Below, piece by piece: positions 1 to 8,880 of a stretch of DNA of 64,000 nt. Every line of letters begins with the position of its first letter. Position 1 is the first letter of the stretch. The notes below the pieces were generated by a model, which saw only the letters and a list, made by a program, of their open reading frames with translations, did no database searches and was not told the DNA's origin. The translations under genes were made by a program, and so were the position numbers. The DNA comes from an uncultured Pseudomonadales bacterium (GTDB taxonomy: Bacteria > Patescibacteriota > Microgenomatia > UBA1400 > UBA1396): assembly GCA_964519905.1 (NCBI GenBank), contig CAZFLN010000003.1:1413-65412 (forward strand). Direction: 5' to 3'.

Positions 1-512
1 GCACTTAGGTTGAAAATCGTATCAACGCACAAGTGTCCGCTGCTCAGCGATTCTTTTCCAAGACATTTACAGCTTTTACATGGTTCAAAAGCTTGAGAGT
101 GCATTTCAGTTTGTTTGAGTTTTGGTGCCCCAAGTTTCTCGAAAATTGGACCAGAGTTCTGGTTGGCGAAAGCAATTATTGTTTCGTTCGGCGCTTTCTT
201 GAGAACTGCTTCCAAAAGTTTTTTTCCAATCCCTGATTTTTGAGCTGATGGATCAACAGCCCAGGCCCCAAACTCCTTTTTCCCATCAGGATAAATCAAT
301 GTGATCCCCGCGGTTCCAATAACTTTTCCTTTTTCATTGCTGGCGATTGCCAGCAATCCTTGAGCAGCCATTTGTTGCAGTTGCTCGAGTGATACTGAAA
401 TCATTAGACCCTGCTCAGCGTAGCCATTAATTAAGGCGGCGGCAGCCAAAAGTGTTTCAGTATGCTGTTCGTTCGCAGCACGGATTTCAAACGAATGACT
501 TTTTTCTGTCAC
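1..512 (-). CDS. GNAT family N-acetyltransferase (C-terminus runs off window start)
   Basis: Minus-strand frame with a GTG start near 510-512 and no stop before position 1. It has an acetyl-CoA-binding-like block (QKSGIGKKLLEAVLKKA). The ORF track omits it because it lacks an in-window stop. Confidence 0.55.
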   Translation of the reverse strand, partial: MTEKSHSFEIRAANEQHTETLLAAAALINGYAEQGLMISVSLEQLQQMAAQGLLAIASNEKGKVIGTAGITLIYPDGKKEFGAWAVDPSAQKSGIGKKLLEAVLKKAPNETIIAFANQNSGPIFEKLGAPKLKQTEMHSQAFEPCKSCKCLGKESLSSGHLCVDTIFNLS

Positions 513-540
513 ACGTTCCTTTCTTAAGGAAAAGGGAATA

Positions 541-585
541 AAAAAACGCCCCTTTACCTACATATTTTGTAGACAAAGGGGCGTC
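541..585 (-). terminator. Rho-independent terminator (hairpin plus T-run on minus strand)
   Basis: Near-perfect inverted repeat acgcccctttacctaca/tgtagacaaaggggcgt (547-585). An A7 run at 541-547 gives a U-tract on the minus strand. It lies downstream of the 780-1313 minus-strand gene. Confidence 0.6.
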
Positions 586-779
586 TTCTAAACGCGATAC
601 CACCCTCAGTTTTATGTCCTGTTTCCAGTACATACTCTGTAACCTGCTCAGTTGCTCTTGCGAGTGACACAGGTCTGGAAGTTGAACGGTTTCCAACCGA
701 TCTCGATTTTGCGAGATTCCGCCCTTGAAGAATCAAGATCACAAGACGCGACGCTTGTTGATTGCGGATCAAGATCAAA

Positions 780-1313
780 TTATATCACGATGTGATTTCT
801 TGAAAGCCTTCGCTTCCCAAAGCCATGTCCAAACTCACCTAATTGCCCGCCAAAAGCATGCAGCCATGGATCAACTGCCAGAGTTTTGTGTTGGATATTC
901 TCATCTGATCCTGGGAGAGAGACTTGTAAGTACTGGTGCACTGACAGGTACCAAATGGCACTGTAAGCAATGCGCACGTCTTTTTCTCTGAACCACTCAC
1001 TTTTTATCAGGAGAATTCGTAATAAGTAGTTCAAATGCGTACAGTGGAGAAACTCTGTTCTTTTCCAGAGATGATTGGGATCTCTTTGAAATGCTTTCCA
1101 CAAGAAAATATAGGTGTGGAACCGTTTGCCTTGGTAGCGAGAGGTAATGATTTCGAAGGAAATTTCGAGTGCTTCTTCCGGCGAGCGTGAGCTTTTTACT
1201 TTCTCAATAGCTGACAAAAACTCTGGGTGAGAAATCTCATGAATTGGTTCTTTGGCGAGAAAATGAGGAACAAAGTGCTTCCAAAACGGATTTGGCACTT
1301 GAAGAAATTGCAT
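780..1313 (-). CDS. hypothetical protein (weak transglutaminase/papain-like Cys-His hints)
   Basis: Complete 177-aa ORF in a coding-dense region. It has LHCTHLN and WLHAFGG blocks. No secure family assignment. Confidence 0.4.
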   Translation of the reverse strand: MQFLQVPNPFWKHFVPHFLAKEPIHEISHPEFLSAIEKVKSSRSPEEALEISFEIITSRYQGKRFHTYIFLWKAFQRDPNHLWKRTEFLHCTHLNYLLRILLIKSEWFREKDVRIAYSAIWYLSVHQYLQVSLPGSDENIQHKTLAVDPWLHAFGGQLGEFGHGFGKRRLSRNHIVI

Positions 1314-1333
1314 GAAGTAATTATATCAATACC

Positions 1334-1651
1334 TTATTTCCAGTCCTGCTGAGAGAAAATTCTAATTTGGTCAAGAATGGGAAGTACGCCCTTGCCTTTG
1401 TCACTCAGTGTGTAAACCACTGACAATTTATCGACTGTTTCCTCTGCTCGAGCAATAAATCCCTCTTTTTCGAGGAGTTTGAGCCGAGAGGTGAGGGTGA
1501 CAGGATTATTTTTCTCGAGCGTTCGTTGGAGCTCTGAGAATCGTTTGCACCCAAAACTCAACGCTTCAATAATCTGAAGCGTCCAGAAGTCTCCAAGAAT
1601 TTTTAGACTTTCTGACGGACATTTTCCGTTTGTGTGATTCATATTTGACAT
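1334..1651 (-). CDS. HxlR-type winged-helix transcriptional regulator
   Basis: The internal Met (MSNMNHTNGKCPSESLKILGDFWTLQIIEALSFGCKRFSELQR...LTSRLKLLEKEGFI) matches the HxlR/MarR-like signature and size (~106 aa). The longer upstream ORF extension reads through AT-rich promoter DNA. Confidence 0.7.
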   Translation of the reverse strand: MSNMNHTNGKCPSESLKILGDFWTLQIIEALSFGCKRFSELQRTLEKNNPVTLTSRLKLLEKEGFIARAEETVDKLSVVYTLSDKGKGVLPILDQIRIFSQQDWK

Positions 1652-1652
1652 T

Positions 1653-1680
1653 ACTATAGTTTTTATAGTACTATAGTAAT
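1653..1680. promoter_or_regulatory. palindromic operator-like repeats in the divergent HxlR/LutC-like intergenic region
   Basis: ACTATAGT (1653-1660) and a 12-bp perfect palindrome TATAGTACTATA (1664-1675). Both sit in the 58-bp gap between divergent starts at 1651 and 1710. Confidence 0.45.
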
Positions 1681-1709
1681 TATAGCAAATAAAAAGAGAA
1701 AAGGAAATC

Positions 1710-2321
1710 ATGTCTGCGGTTGTAGCACACGAATCCATACAAAAAACAGTCAAAGCCTTACAGGAGAATAACTTGCAGGTACAGGTTTTACCAGACGGTG
1801 CAGCCGCACTGGAGACAATCAAGAGTTTGATTCCAGCTGGTGCTTCCGTTATGAATGGCGCCTCACGTACTCTCGAACAAATTGGTTTTGTTGAGTATCT
1901 CAAATCTGCAGAGCACCCTTGGAACAACTACCACGCCACGATTTTGGCGGAGAGTGATCCAGCCAAACAGGCTCGTATGCGTAAGGAGTTTACCGTTTCG
2001 GATTTCTACCTGGGAAGTGTGCATGCCGTGACCGAAGAAGGGGAACTCATCATTGCCACAAATTCAGGAAGTCAAATTCCTGGGATTGTTTTTAATGCGG
2101 ATAATATTATTTTTGTGGTCGGTACACAGAAGATTGTTCCAGATTTGTCTGCTGGACTGCAGCGCCTTGAAGAAGTTGTCATCCCTCAAGAAGACGAGCG
2201 GATGAAGCAAGTCTATGGCTTTGGGACACTCTTGAGTAAGATCTTGATCTTTAAGAAAGAGAATCCTGGTATGGGCCGCAATGTTCATTTGCTCTTAGTC
2301 GAAGAGACGCTCGGATTTTAA
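1710..2321 (+). CDS. LUD-domain (LutC/YkgG, DUF162) family protein
   Basis: 203 aa with conserved blocks (SVMNGASRTLEQIG, EFTVSDFYLGSVHAVTEEGELIIATNSGSQ). Good RBS (aaaaggaaatcATG). Confidence 0.6.
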   Translation: MSAVVAHESIQKTVKALQENNLQVQVLPDGAAALETIKSLIPAGASVMNGASRTLEQIGFVEYLKSAEHPWNNYHATILAESDPAKQARMRKEFTVSDFYLGSVHAVTEEGELIIATNSGSQIPGIVFNADNIIFVVGTQKIVPDLSAGLQRLEEVVIPQEDERMKQVYGFGTLLSKILIFKKENPGMGRNVHLLLVEETLGF

Positions 2322-2332
2322 TCCGAGCGTCT
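2305..2332 (+). terminator. hairpin terminator overlapping the LUD-gene stop
   Basis: Perfect inverted repeat agacgctcggatt/aatccgagcgtct around the TAA at 2319-2321. The following T-tract is weak. Confidence 0.45.
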
Positions 2333-2363
2333 TGTTTCGAAGTCGCTCGTCCAGTACACTGGT

Positions 2364-3455
2364 GTGATGTCGGATCAAGATCAAACGCACTCAAACATAG
2401 TAATTGTATTCGGAGGTGAGTCCTCTGAGCATGATGTCGCTGTCAAGTCATTTGAGTACCTCTTGGGTCGATTACTCCAGCACCCACTCAAGAATGGCTT
2501 ACAGGTGACGCATGTAGCGTATCTGACCAAAGACGGCCGAGCCGTTCTTTCTGAGTTTTTTCCAGAGAAGTCAGTTGCTGACTACATGCAACTGACGGAA
2601 ATCCAGTCTCTTCCTCACGTTTTACAGCAGATTCAAGAGCGTGGTCTCTTTATGTTTGCAGTGCTGCATGGTCAAAATGGGGAAGATGGACATTTCCAGG
2701 GCGCAGCAGAATTGTTTTCAATCCCAAGTAGTTTGGGTGGAGTGCTTGCTGGTAGTTTGACGATGAGTAAGTATCACCTGAACCAGTATTTGCAGGGTGG
2801 AAACTGGACCGTGAAAATTCCCGAGACCGTTGCGGTTCGATCTCTTCAGAATTTGGCAGAGCAACTCTCTCAGTTTAAGGATAAAGAGATAGTGATCAAG
2901 CCAAATTCTCTGGGTTCAAGTGTACTCACAGAAAAGATGGTGTATAACGAAGCAGGAAGAGCATCCGCTCATGAGCTCATAGAAAAAATTCTCGAATTTG
3001 ATGTTGTGGCTTTGGTTCAGGAGTATATTTCTGGTGAAGAGTACGGTGTTGCGGTGATGGAGAAGGCAGGCTCGACAGAAGTTTTGGCTCCAATTCATAT
3101 TGTTACGGCTGGAAAATTCTTTGGCAGTAAAGAGAAGTATATCACTGGCTACAGCGAAGAAATTGTGATGACTCTACAAGAAGAATCGCCACTGCTTCAG
3201 CAAGCAAAAGTGGCTGCTGAACAGATTTTTGTGGATGTTGGTTGTACCAACGGCGTGCGGTTTGATTTCATAATCACCGACACTGAAGTCTATCTGTTAG
3301 AAGCGAATCCGTTCCCAGGAATTTCTGGCGGAAGTCTATTGCCGAAAATGTTGCGTGCTCAAGGGCAAGATGTGGAAAACCTCATTGAGATCTACCACGA
3401 CAATTATTTCCGTCGAGCCAGGAGAAAAACTGAGTTTTCGGTTGAGATTTCGTGA
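2364..3455 (+). CDS. ddl: D-alanine--D-alanine ligase family ATP-grasp enzyme
   Basis: N-terminal VIVFGGESSEHDVAVKS, central IVIKPNSLGSSV and C-terminal EANPFPGISGGSLLPKML blocks. These are the three Ddl hallmark regions. Confidence 0.65.
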   Translation: MMSDQDQTHSNIVIVFGGESSEHDVAVKSFEYLLGRLLQHPLKNGLQVTHVAYLTKDGRAVLSEFFPEKSVADYMQLTEIQSLPHVLQQIQERGLFMFAVLHGQNGEDGHFQGAAELFSIPSSLGGVLAGSLTMSKYHLNQYLQGGNWTVKIPETVAVRSLQNLAEQLSQFKDKEIVIKPNSLGSSVLTEKMVYNEAGRASAHELIEKILEFDVVALVQEYISGEEYGVAVMEKAGSTEVLAPIHIVTAGKFFGSKEKYITGYSEEIVMTLQEESPLLQQAKVAAEQIFVDVGCTNGVRFDFIITDTEVYLLEANPFPGISGGSLLPKMLRAQGQDVENLIEIYHDNYFRRARRKTEFSVEIS

Positions 3456-3467
3456 TAGAATTTTGAG

Positions 3468-4445
3468 ATGTCTCCAGCCATTTCAGTGAAAAATTTGTCG
3501 GTACAGTTTCGTGTTCCCAAAAAAGAGTCAGGGCTCATGGCTGCTGTACGGGGGTTTGTTCAACCAAAATTTTCCACAGTCACGGCTGTTGATGCCATTA
3601 ATTTTTCGATTGATCAAGGAGAATTGATTGGTTTTATCGGGCCAAATGGTGCAGGGAAAACAACTACGCTCAAAACGCTTTCTGGACTCCTTTCACCAAC
3701 TTCTGGTGAGGTTCGTGTTCTTGGATACGAGCCATTTCGACGAGAGAACGCATTTCTCAAAGATATTTCTCTGATGATGGGACAACGTTCGCAACTGCTG
3801 TGGGATCTTCCAGCGACTGATACTTTTTCACTCAATCAAGCAATGTATGATGTCCCCGAAGCCAACTATAAGAAAATACTGAGTGATTTGATTGAGTTGC
3901 TTGATGTCTCAGGTCAGCTCGAAACCCCGGTACGACGCCTTTCTCTGGGACAGAGAATGAAGATGGAGTTGATTGCTGCTTTACTTCATTCTCCAAAAGT
4001 ATTGTTTTTAGATGAGCCTACAATTGGATTAGATATTGTCGTTCAGCGCAATTTGCGTGACTTCATCCGAGATTATAATCAGCGATACAATGCCACAATT
4101 TTACTTACCAGTCATTACATGGGGGATGTTCAAGAGTTGTGTAAAAGAGTGATTGTCGTATCTCAGGGAAAAGTTATGTTTGACGGAGAACTCAATACAT
4201 TAATATCAAAGTACTCTCCACGAAAAATAATTCATTTTGTCTTTGAAAAGAAAATTCCGCGAAGCGCCGTGGAACAGTATGGGACGGTGCACAATTGGAA
4301 TTTGCCGAACATTTCTTTGTCTGTTCCAAGAGAAGATGCGGCTAAAATAGCTGGAAAAATCATGCAAGAACATTCGGTTGTTGATCTTGCGATTGACGAA
4401 ACACCGATTGAAGACATTATTCGAGATATTTTTTATGCCAGCTAA
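3468..4445 (+). CDS. ABC transporter ATP-binding protein (ABC-2 type)
   Basis: Walker A GPNGAGKTTTLK, signature LSLGQRMK and Walker B LFLDEPTIGLD. Confidence 0.85.
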   Translation: MSPAISVKNLSVQFRVPKKESGLMAAVRGFVQPKFSTVTAVDAINFSIDQGELIGFIGPNGAGKTTTLKTLSGLLSPTSGEVRVLGYEPFRRENAFLKDISLMMGQRSQLLWDLPATDTFSLNQAMYDVPEANYKKILSDLIELLDVSGQLETPVRRLSLGQRMKMELIAALLHSPKVLFLDEPTIGLDIVVQRNLRDFIRDYNQRYNATILLTSHYMGDVQELCKRVIVVSQGKVMFDGELNTLISKYSPRKIIHFVFEKKIPRSAVEQYGTVHNWNLPNISLSVPREDAAKIAGKIMQEHSVVDLAIDETPIEDIIRDIFYAS

Positions 4446-5250
4446 TATTCAGAGAGCGTTACGAAAGAATGTGGCTATTTTTTCTGTATATCTGATAGAT
4501 GTTTTTCAGTATCGCTTGCGATCGTTCGTTTGGTTGCTTGTGGGAAGTGTGAATGTCGTGGTTTTACTCCTGTACTGGATTGCTTCACTCCAAGCGAGTG
4601 GATCGACTGAGTTTTCGATTCCTGGTATAACGAGTTACTATATTGTTTTATTATCCTTGAGCACGTTGGTTATTTGTCATATAGAAGAGGATATTTCTCA
4701 GATGGACATTTATAAAGGGCAACTTCATAGCTATCTTTTACGACCATATCCATATTTTCTTCGAAAATTTCATCAAGAAGTGGTATGGCGTCTGCTTGGG
4801 GGATTTTGGGCAAGTCTGATAGTTGTGGCGATGTTGCTGTTTGGTGTAAAGTTTCAGATTACGTCACAATGGCAGTATGTTCTTTTGACAATTTTGAGTG
4901 TTTTTCTTGGTATGGCCGTGTCTTTTTTCATGAAGGTGTGTTTGGGACTTTTAGCGATTTGGATTACCCAGATTCGTGGACTCATGGATACTATGTTGAT
5001 TTTGGAAATTATTTTCGCGGGCTTTATTATTCCACTCCATCTTTTTCCAATGAGTATAAAAAATATAGCGCTTTCTTTGCCATTTGCGTCAACAGTGTAT
5101 GCTCCAACAGCGTTGCTTACTCAGACACTTTCCTTGGGTGAAGTGGTTCAGCTTCTCGGTTTTCAAGTAATTTGGCTTACTATTTTTTATGTGTTGGCAA
5201 AATCTCTTTTCTCTCGAGGTGTTCGTCACTATACAGGAGTGAGTCAATGA
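4435..5250 (+). CDS. ABC-2 family transporter permease
   Basis: Polytopic hydrophobic protein. ATG 4435 overlaps the ATPase stop (ATGCCAGCTAA). The ORF-track start at 4378 lies inside the upstream gene. Confidence 0.65.
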   Translation: MPANIQRALRKNVAIFSVYLIDVFQYRLRSFVWLLVGSVNVVVLLLYWIASLQASGSTEFSIPGITSYYIVLLSLSTLVICHIEEDISQMDIYKGQLHSYLLRPYPYFLRKFHQEVVWRLLGGFWASLIVVAMLLFGVKFQITSQWQYVLLTILSVFLGMAVSFFMKVCLGLLAIWITQIRGLMDTMLILEIIFAGFIIPLHLFPMSIKNIALSLPFASTVYAPTALLTQTLSLGEVVQLLGFQVIWLTIFYVLAKSLFSRGVRHYTGVSQ

Positions 5251-6035
5251 TTCGTTTTTTCCGAATTTTTGGTCGACTGCTTTCGGTGTATCTTTCGGCC
5301 GCACTCAGTTATAAGTTAGATTTTATTCAGTCAGCGGTGAGTAGTCTCTCTTGGAGCGGACTGAGTTTTGTGTCGGCATTTTTACTCACTTCTCAAGTCC
5401 CAGGTGTGTTTGGAATGGAGCGGGCAGACCTTTTATTGCTCGCAGGTACATATGGGATTATTGTTGGTATTCATCATTGGTTATGTTCTCGAGGATTTAA
5501 CGATATTCCGAATATTATTCATCGCGGAGAGTTAGATACATACTTACTCAAGCCGTTTGATTCCTTGACCTATTTATCTTTTCGTAATGTGGCGTGGAGT
5601 GCTTTTATTCGTGTTCTCGGGTCCGTTGTTTTGACCGGACTGATTCTTCGAACATATGAATTTTCTGTCCATGCTGAGAGTGTTGTGTTATTCAGTATTT
5701 TGAGCATCGCAGCATTTTTTGCTATTTACGGATTTTACACACTAACTACTACTATTTTGATCTGGCATTCATATTTATCAAATATTATGGTGCTGATTCA
5801 AAATTTTATTGGTGCAGGTCGTTATCCTGTAGAAATTACTGACTATACACCAAAAGTTGTTCATATCTACTTTTTGCCATTTCTGCTTATAGTAAACATT
5901 CCGACACGAGCATTGGTCGGAAGACTTGATCTGGGAACAGCAGCATTCTTTATCTTCTTGAGTGTCGGGTTTTGGCTTCTCTCTCGAGCTTTCTGGCGCT
6001 ACGCTCTTCACTCTTATACCAGCGCAAGTGGCTAA
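5247..6035 (+). CDS. ABC-2 family transporter permease (second subunit)
   Basis: Polytopic hydrophobic protein. It is start/stop coupled (ATGA at 5247-5250) to the preceding permease. Confidence 0.65.
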   Translation: MIRFFRIFGRLLSVYLSAALSYKLDFIQSAVSSLSWSGLSFVSAFLLTSQVPGVFGMERADLLLLAGTYGIIVGIHHWLCSRGFNDIPNIIHRGELDTYLLKPFDSLTYLSFRNVAWSAFIRVLGSVVLTGLILRTYEFSVHAESVVLFSILSIAAFFAIYGFYTLTTTILIWHSYLSNIMVLIQNFIGAGRYPVEITDYTPKVVHIYFLPFLLIVNIPTRALVGRLDLGTAAFFIFLSVGFWLLSRAFWRYALHSYTSASG

Positions 6036-6036
6036 A

Positions 6037-7287
6037 TTATTTATTCACCAACACAATCCCAAATGGCGTGTTTCTTCCTGGTCCGGCTAAGTAGCGACCG
6101 TTCTGGTACAGGGCGGTAGAGCCACCACTGTCGAGATTCAGCGCCGATTGGAGTCCGAGTGCTTTGGCAACATAGGCAACTTCTGCGACCGTGGCATTTC
6201 TGACCACTCCAATATAGACCATATTGTCTCGCGTTCCGATAAAGCTTCTTGCTCCGCGGCTGCCTTTTTTCGGATCTCCGTCACCGCCAAAGGTAATGTT
6301 TCCGCCAGAGAGTAACATGGGCTGGCTGGCAATGACGGCATCAACTCCGGTGTCACGTCCCCATTCTTGAGTTGCCCCGACAAGCCGGGCAGAGCTGCCA
6401 CTAAAGATGAGTGCTGGCACGGTACTGTACACATTGTTGTCGGAGTTAAAGTAGGTCTTCTGACGATTCATGATGAGTGTATCGAAAGAGTTTGTTTTTC
6501 CAGCACAGCTCGGGTACTCAGCTGGACAAAAGTACGGACCGTTGATGCCAGCAAAGCCGCCAGCACTGCTCACAAATTGTGCCAGTGATTGAACTGGGCA
6601 GTCATTCCCACAAGTTTCGGAGGAAGCGGTTTCTACCACCACTCGGGTTGAGTTGAGATCCGCTGCAATGAGGTCAACGGCATACGGGCCAATTTCAGTT
6701 TCCACTACCTGTCGGCTCGAGTTTCCAGCAGCCGGTGGTGCATTCGAGGTTGGTAAGTTTGTTGGAATGCTTGCTTGTTGCACAAGCGCTTGGCGGGCGT
6801 CCGTGATACTGGTTTGCACAGCGCGAATACTCCCGGCTGCACTGGCATAGTTCCGCTCAGCCAACTGGGCGATGGAGCGAGCAAAAGCAATTTCTATTTC
6901 CTGGGTTTTGGCGCCAGATTCACGGAGGCGAATGAGATCTTCATACACCGCAACAGAACTGCTGTACGTGTTTTGAATGGCTCGAATCTCTTCCTGCAAT
7001 GTATTGTTCCGAACAGTTTGATCCTCATTTTGCAGCAGCGTGTATGCATCTTGCGCAGTAGTGAGCTCTTGTTCTTTTTGCCGTAAGGCAACTTCCAAAT
7101 CCGTGGCACGTTGCTGTTCTTGAACTATTTCCTGACTACTTTGGTGCCAAAAATAGGCCAGTGCTCCTGTTATGCCGAAAGTTGCGAAGAATGCGAGTGT
7201 GACAAAAATGGGAAGTTGTTTCCGGAGCCAGGATCGAAACGCTCTTTGTTTTGTAGAGAAATTGGAAGAGAGTTTTTTCAGATCCAT
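6037..7287 (-). CDS. membrane-anchored phosphodiester glycosidase (DUF2233/NAGPA-like) family protein
   Basis: N-terminal TM (IFVTLAFFATFGITGALAYFW), a coiled-coil Q/E-rich segment and a C-terminal domain with LNLDSGGSTALY and FIGTRDNMVYIGVV blocks, as in phosphodiester glycosidases. Confidence 0.45.
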   Translation of the reverse strand: MDLKKLSSNFSTKQRAFRSWLRKQLPIFVTLAFFATFGITGALAYFWHQSSQEIVQEQQRATDLEVALRQKEQELTTAQDAYTLLQNEDQTVRNNTLQEEIRAIQNTYSSSVAVYEDLIRLRESGAKTQEIEIAFARSIAQLAERNYASAAGSIRAVQTSITDARQALVQQASIPTNLPTSNAPPAAGNSSRQVVETEIGPYAVDLIAADLNSTRVVVETASSETCGNDCPVQSLAQFVSSAGGFAGINGPYFCPAEYPSCAGKTNSFDTLIMNRQKTYFNSDNNVYSTVPALIFSGSSARLVGATQEWGRDTGVDAVIASQPMLLSGGNITFGGDGDPKKGSRGARSFIGTRDNMVYIGVVRNATVAEVAYVAKALGLQSALNLDSGGSTALYQNGRYLAGPGRNTPFGIVLVNK

Positions 7288-7334
7288 ACACTCATTTTAG
7301 GCAGGAAGTGAGGGACTTGTCTCGGGCAATTTGC

Positions 7335-8855
7335 TTATACCGTTGGTGTAAATAGGTCCTCAAGTACTTCCCAAATTTTGACCATTGCCCAAGTATCAAG
7401 TTGGCAGTAGGTCAGAAGATTTTTACGGATGTGTTTGATTTCGTTCGTGTCAGAAATTTCACCAGAAACAATCGACCACCAAGCAAGTAAGGCTTGATCT
7501 CCTTTATGAATCTCGAGGGTGTCATAGCGGAGTTCCGGAACTAAGATCGGCAGAACATTTTTAATGGACCAGCTTCCATGGAATTCTCGGTCCACGTACA
7601 TACCGCGCCGGAAAACTTCCGCCAAGTCGTACATCCGATTATTCAAACCAAGCAAGAACTCCTTTGCGTCGAGCATGCCTTCCGCCATTTCTCGATTTCG
7701 ACTGGCTTCGAATGACTGATTCCAAACAATCACACTCCCCGTTTTTGGCATGCTTGCCTGCATATGCTGGACAACTTCTCGGCTGGGGTCTCCTGGGCCA
7801 AAGGATATATGTTCGTAATGCCGAATATGAGCGAGGTTTTTCATGGCGTGTTTGTCTGGAACGACGTGGAGTGAGTACTGGAAGACGACTTGCTGTTGCG
7901 GCACACAGCCATCGTAGAGCGGTAAGGCAGAGCTGTAGGCTTCATAGTCGAGGAAGCACAGGGGAAAGGTGAGCGTTTCGAGAGACTGCGCCAGGGCATG
8001 ACGATCAATTACTGGTTGGCCGCTTTTTACGGCTTGGACCATGCGGCGCTGCTTTGTTTCTAGTGAGAAATTATCTGGTACATCGACAAGACTTTCGATT
8101 CCACGATCAATGAGCTCGAGCGTGGTGTGTCTCAGACCAGGGAGATCATACACTGAATACGGCTTGAGATTGGGGTGACAAATGCTTGGACACGGGCAGG
8201 TTTTGGGGCGAGTGCAGGAGAGCCATTCATCACTGTTGGTGGAAGCAAGGACTTCGGAGGCGCGGGCGCGCTCTGCCCTTATTTCTGGTAGAAGTTCACG
8301 AACTTGCTCGGTGACTTCAACGAGCGTGAAGAGTTGGTCAAAGTCGAGCGCGCCCGCCCGAACGTACTCTTTATTCAGGTGTAACAGCCAGATACTTTCC
8401 ACAGGGCGGTTGGGATGGGCGTCTTGAATTACGGCGGTTTGGAATGCCAAGTCTACGAGTGCATCGTACTTTACTCGCGTGCTGCTTTTAATTTCGAACA
8501 AGTGGATGGCAGTAGACTTTGGGTCTTCCCACCAAGCATCTGTACGACAAAAGAAGGCGTTTCCTTCAGAATCTGTGCTTGAAAAACTGTCTTGCCAGTG
8601 CCATTTCCCTGATGTTTTTGAAGGATTGAGATGACTTGGGAACTTCTGGACTGCTCGCTGAGTGAGCCACTCTTGAGAGTGAACTTCTACGCTGTAGCCT
8701 TGCTCTTGAGAGTGTTGTTCAAAGGCACTGGGTTCTGGCCAAATTTCTGGCAGATGCGCCGCCGCCCATAAATGACGTGGTGCGTCTCGAAAAAGTTGAA
8801 ACTGTGATTTGCTCAGCGCGTTGAGAGGTTGTTGAAAATCGCGCGTACCAGACAT
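7335..8855 (-). CDS. PD-(D/E)XK (Cas4/RecB-like, Cys-cluster) nuclease fused to a DUF2779-like domain
   Basis: D...EIK motif (WEDPKSTAIHLFEIKSST), Cys cluster (CTRPKTCPCPSICHP) and a DLPGLRHTTLELIDRGIESLVDVPD block. Confidence 0.45.
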   Translation of the reverse strand: MSGTRDFQQPLNALSKSQFQLFRDAPRHLWAAAHLPEIWPEPSAFEQHSQEQGYSVEVHSQEWLTQRAVQKFPSHLNPSKTSGKWHWQDSFSSTDSEGNAFFCRTDAWWEDPKSTAIHLFEIKSSTRVKYDALVDLAFQTAVIQDAHPNRPVESIWLLHLNKEYVRAGALDFDQLFTLVEVTEQVRELLPEIRAERARASEVLASTNSDEWLSCTRPKTCPCPSICHPNLKPYSVYDLPGLRHTTLELIDRGIESLVDVPDNFSLETKQRRMVQAVKSGQPVIDRHALAQSLETLTFPLCFLDYEAYSSALPLYDGCVPQQQVVFQYSLHVVPDKHAMKNLAHIRHYEHISFGPGDPSREVVQHMQASMPKTGSVIVWNQSFEASRNREMAEGMLDAKEFLLGLNNRMYDLAEVFRRGMYVDREFHGSWSIKNVLPILVPELRYDTLEIHKGDQALLAWWSIVSGEISDTNEIKHIRKNLLTYCQLDTWAMVKIWEVLEDLFTPTV

Positions 8856-8880
8856 GGGAGTAGTATATCAGGCGAAAATG

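Noticed and set aside
554-778. Small ORFs (487-696, 554-778, 725-991) in the GNAT to 780-1313 intergenic zone
   Set aside because: They overlap a clear terminator hairpin and one another. They have no motifs, and the region reads as intergenic.
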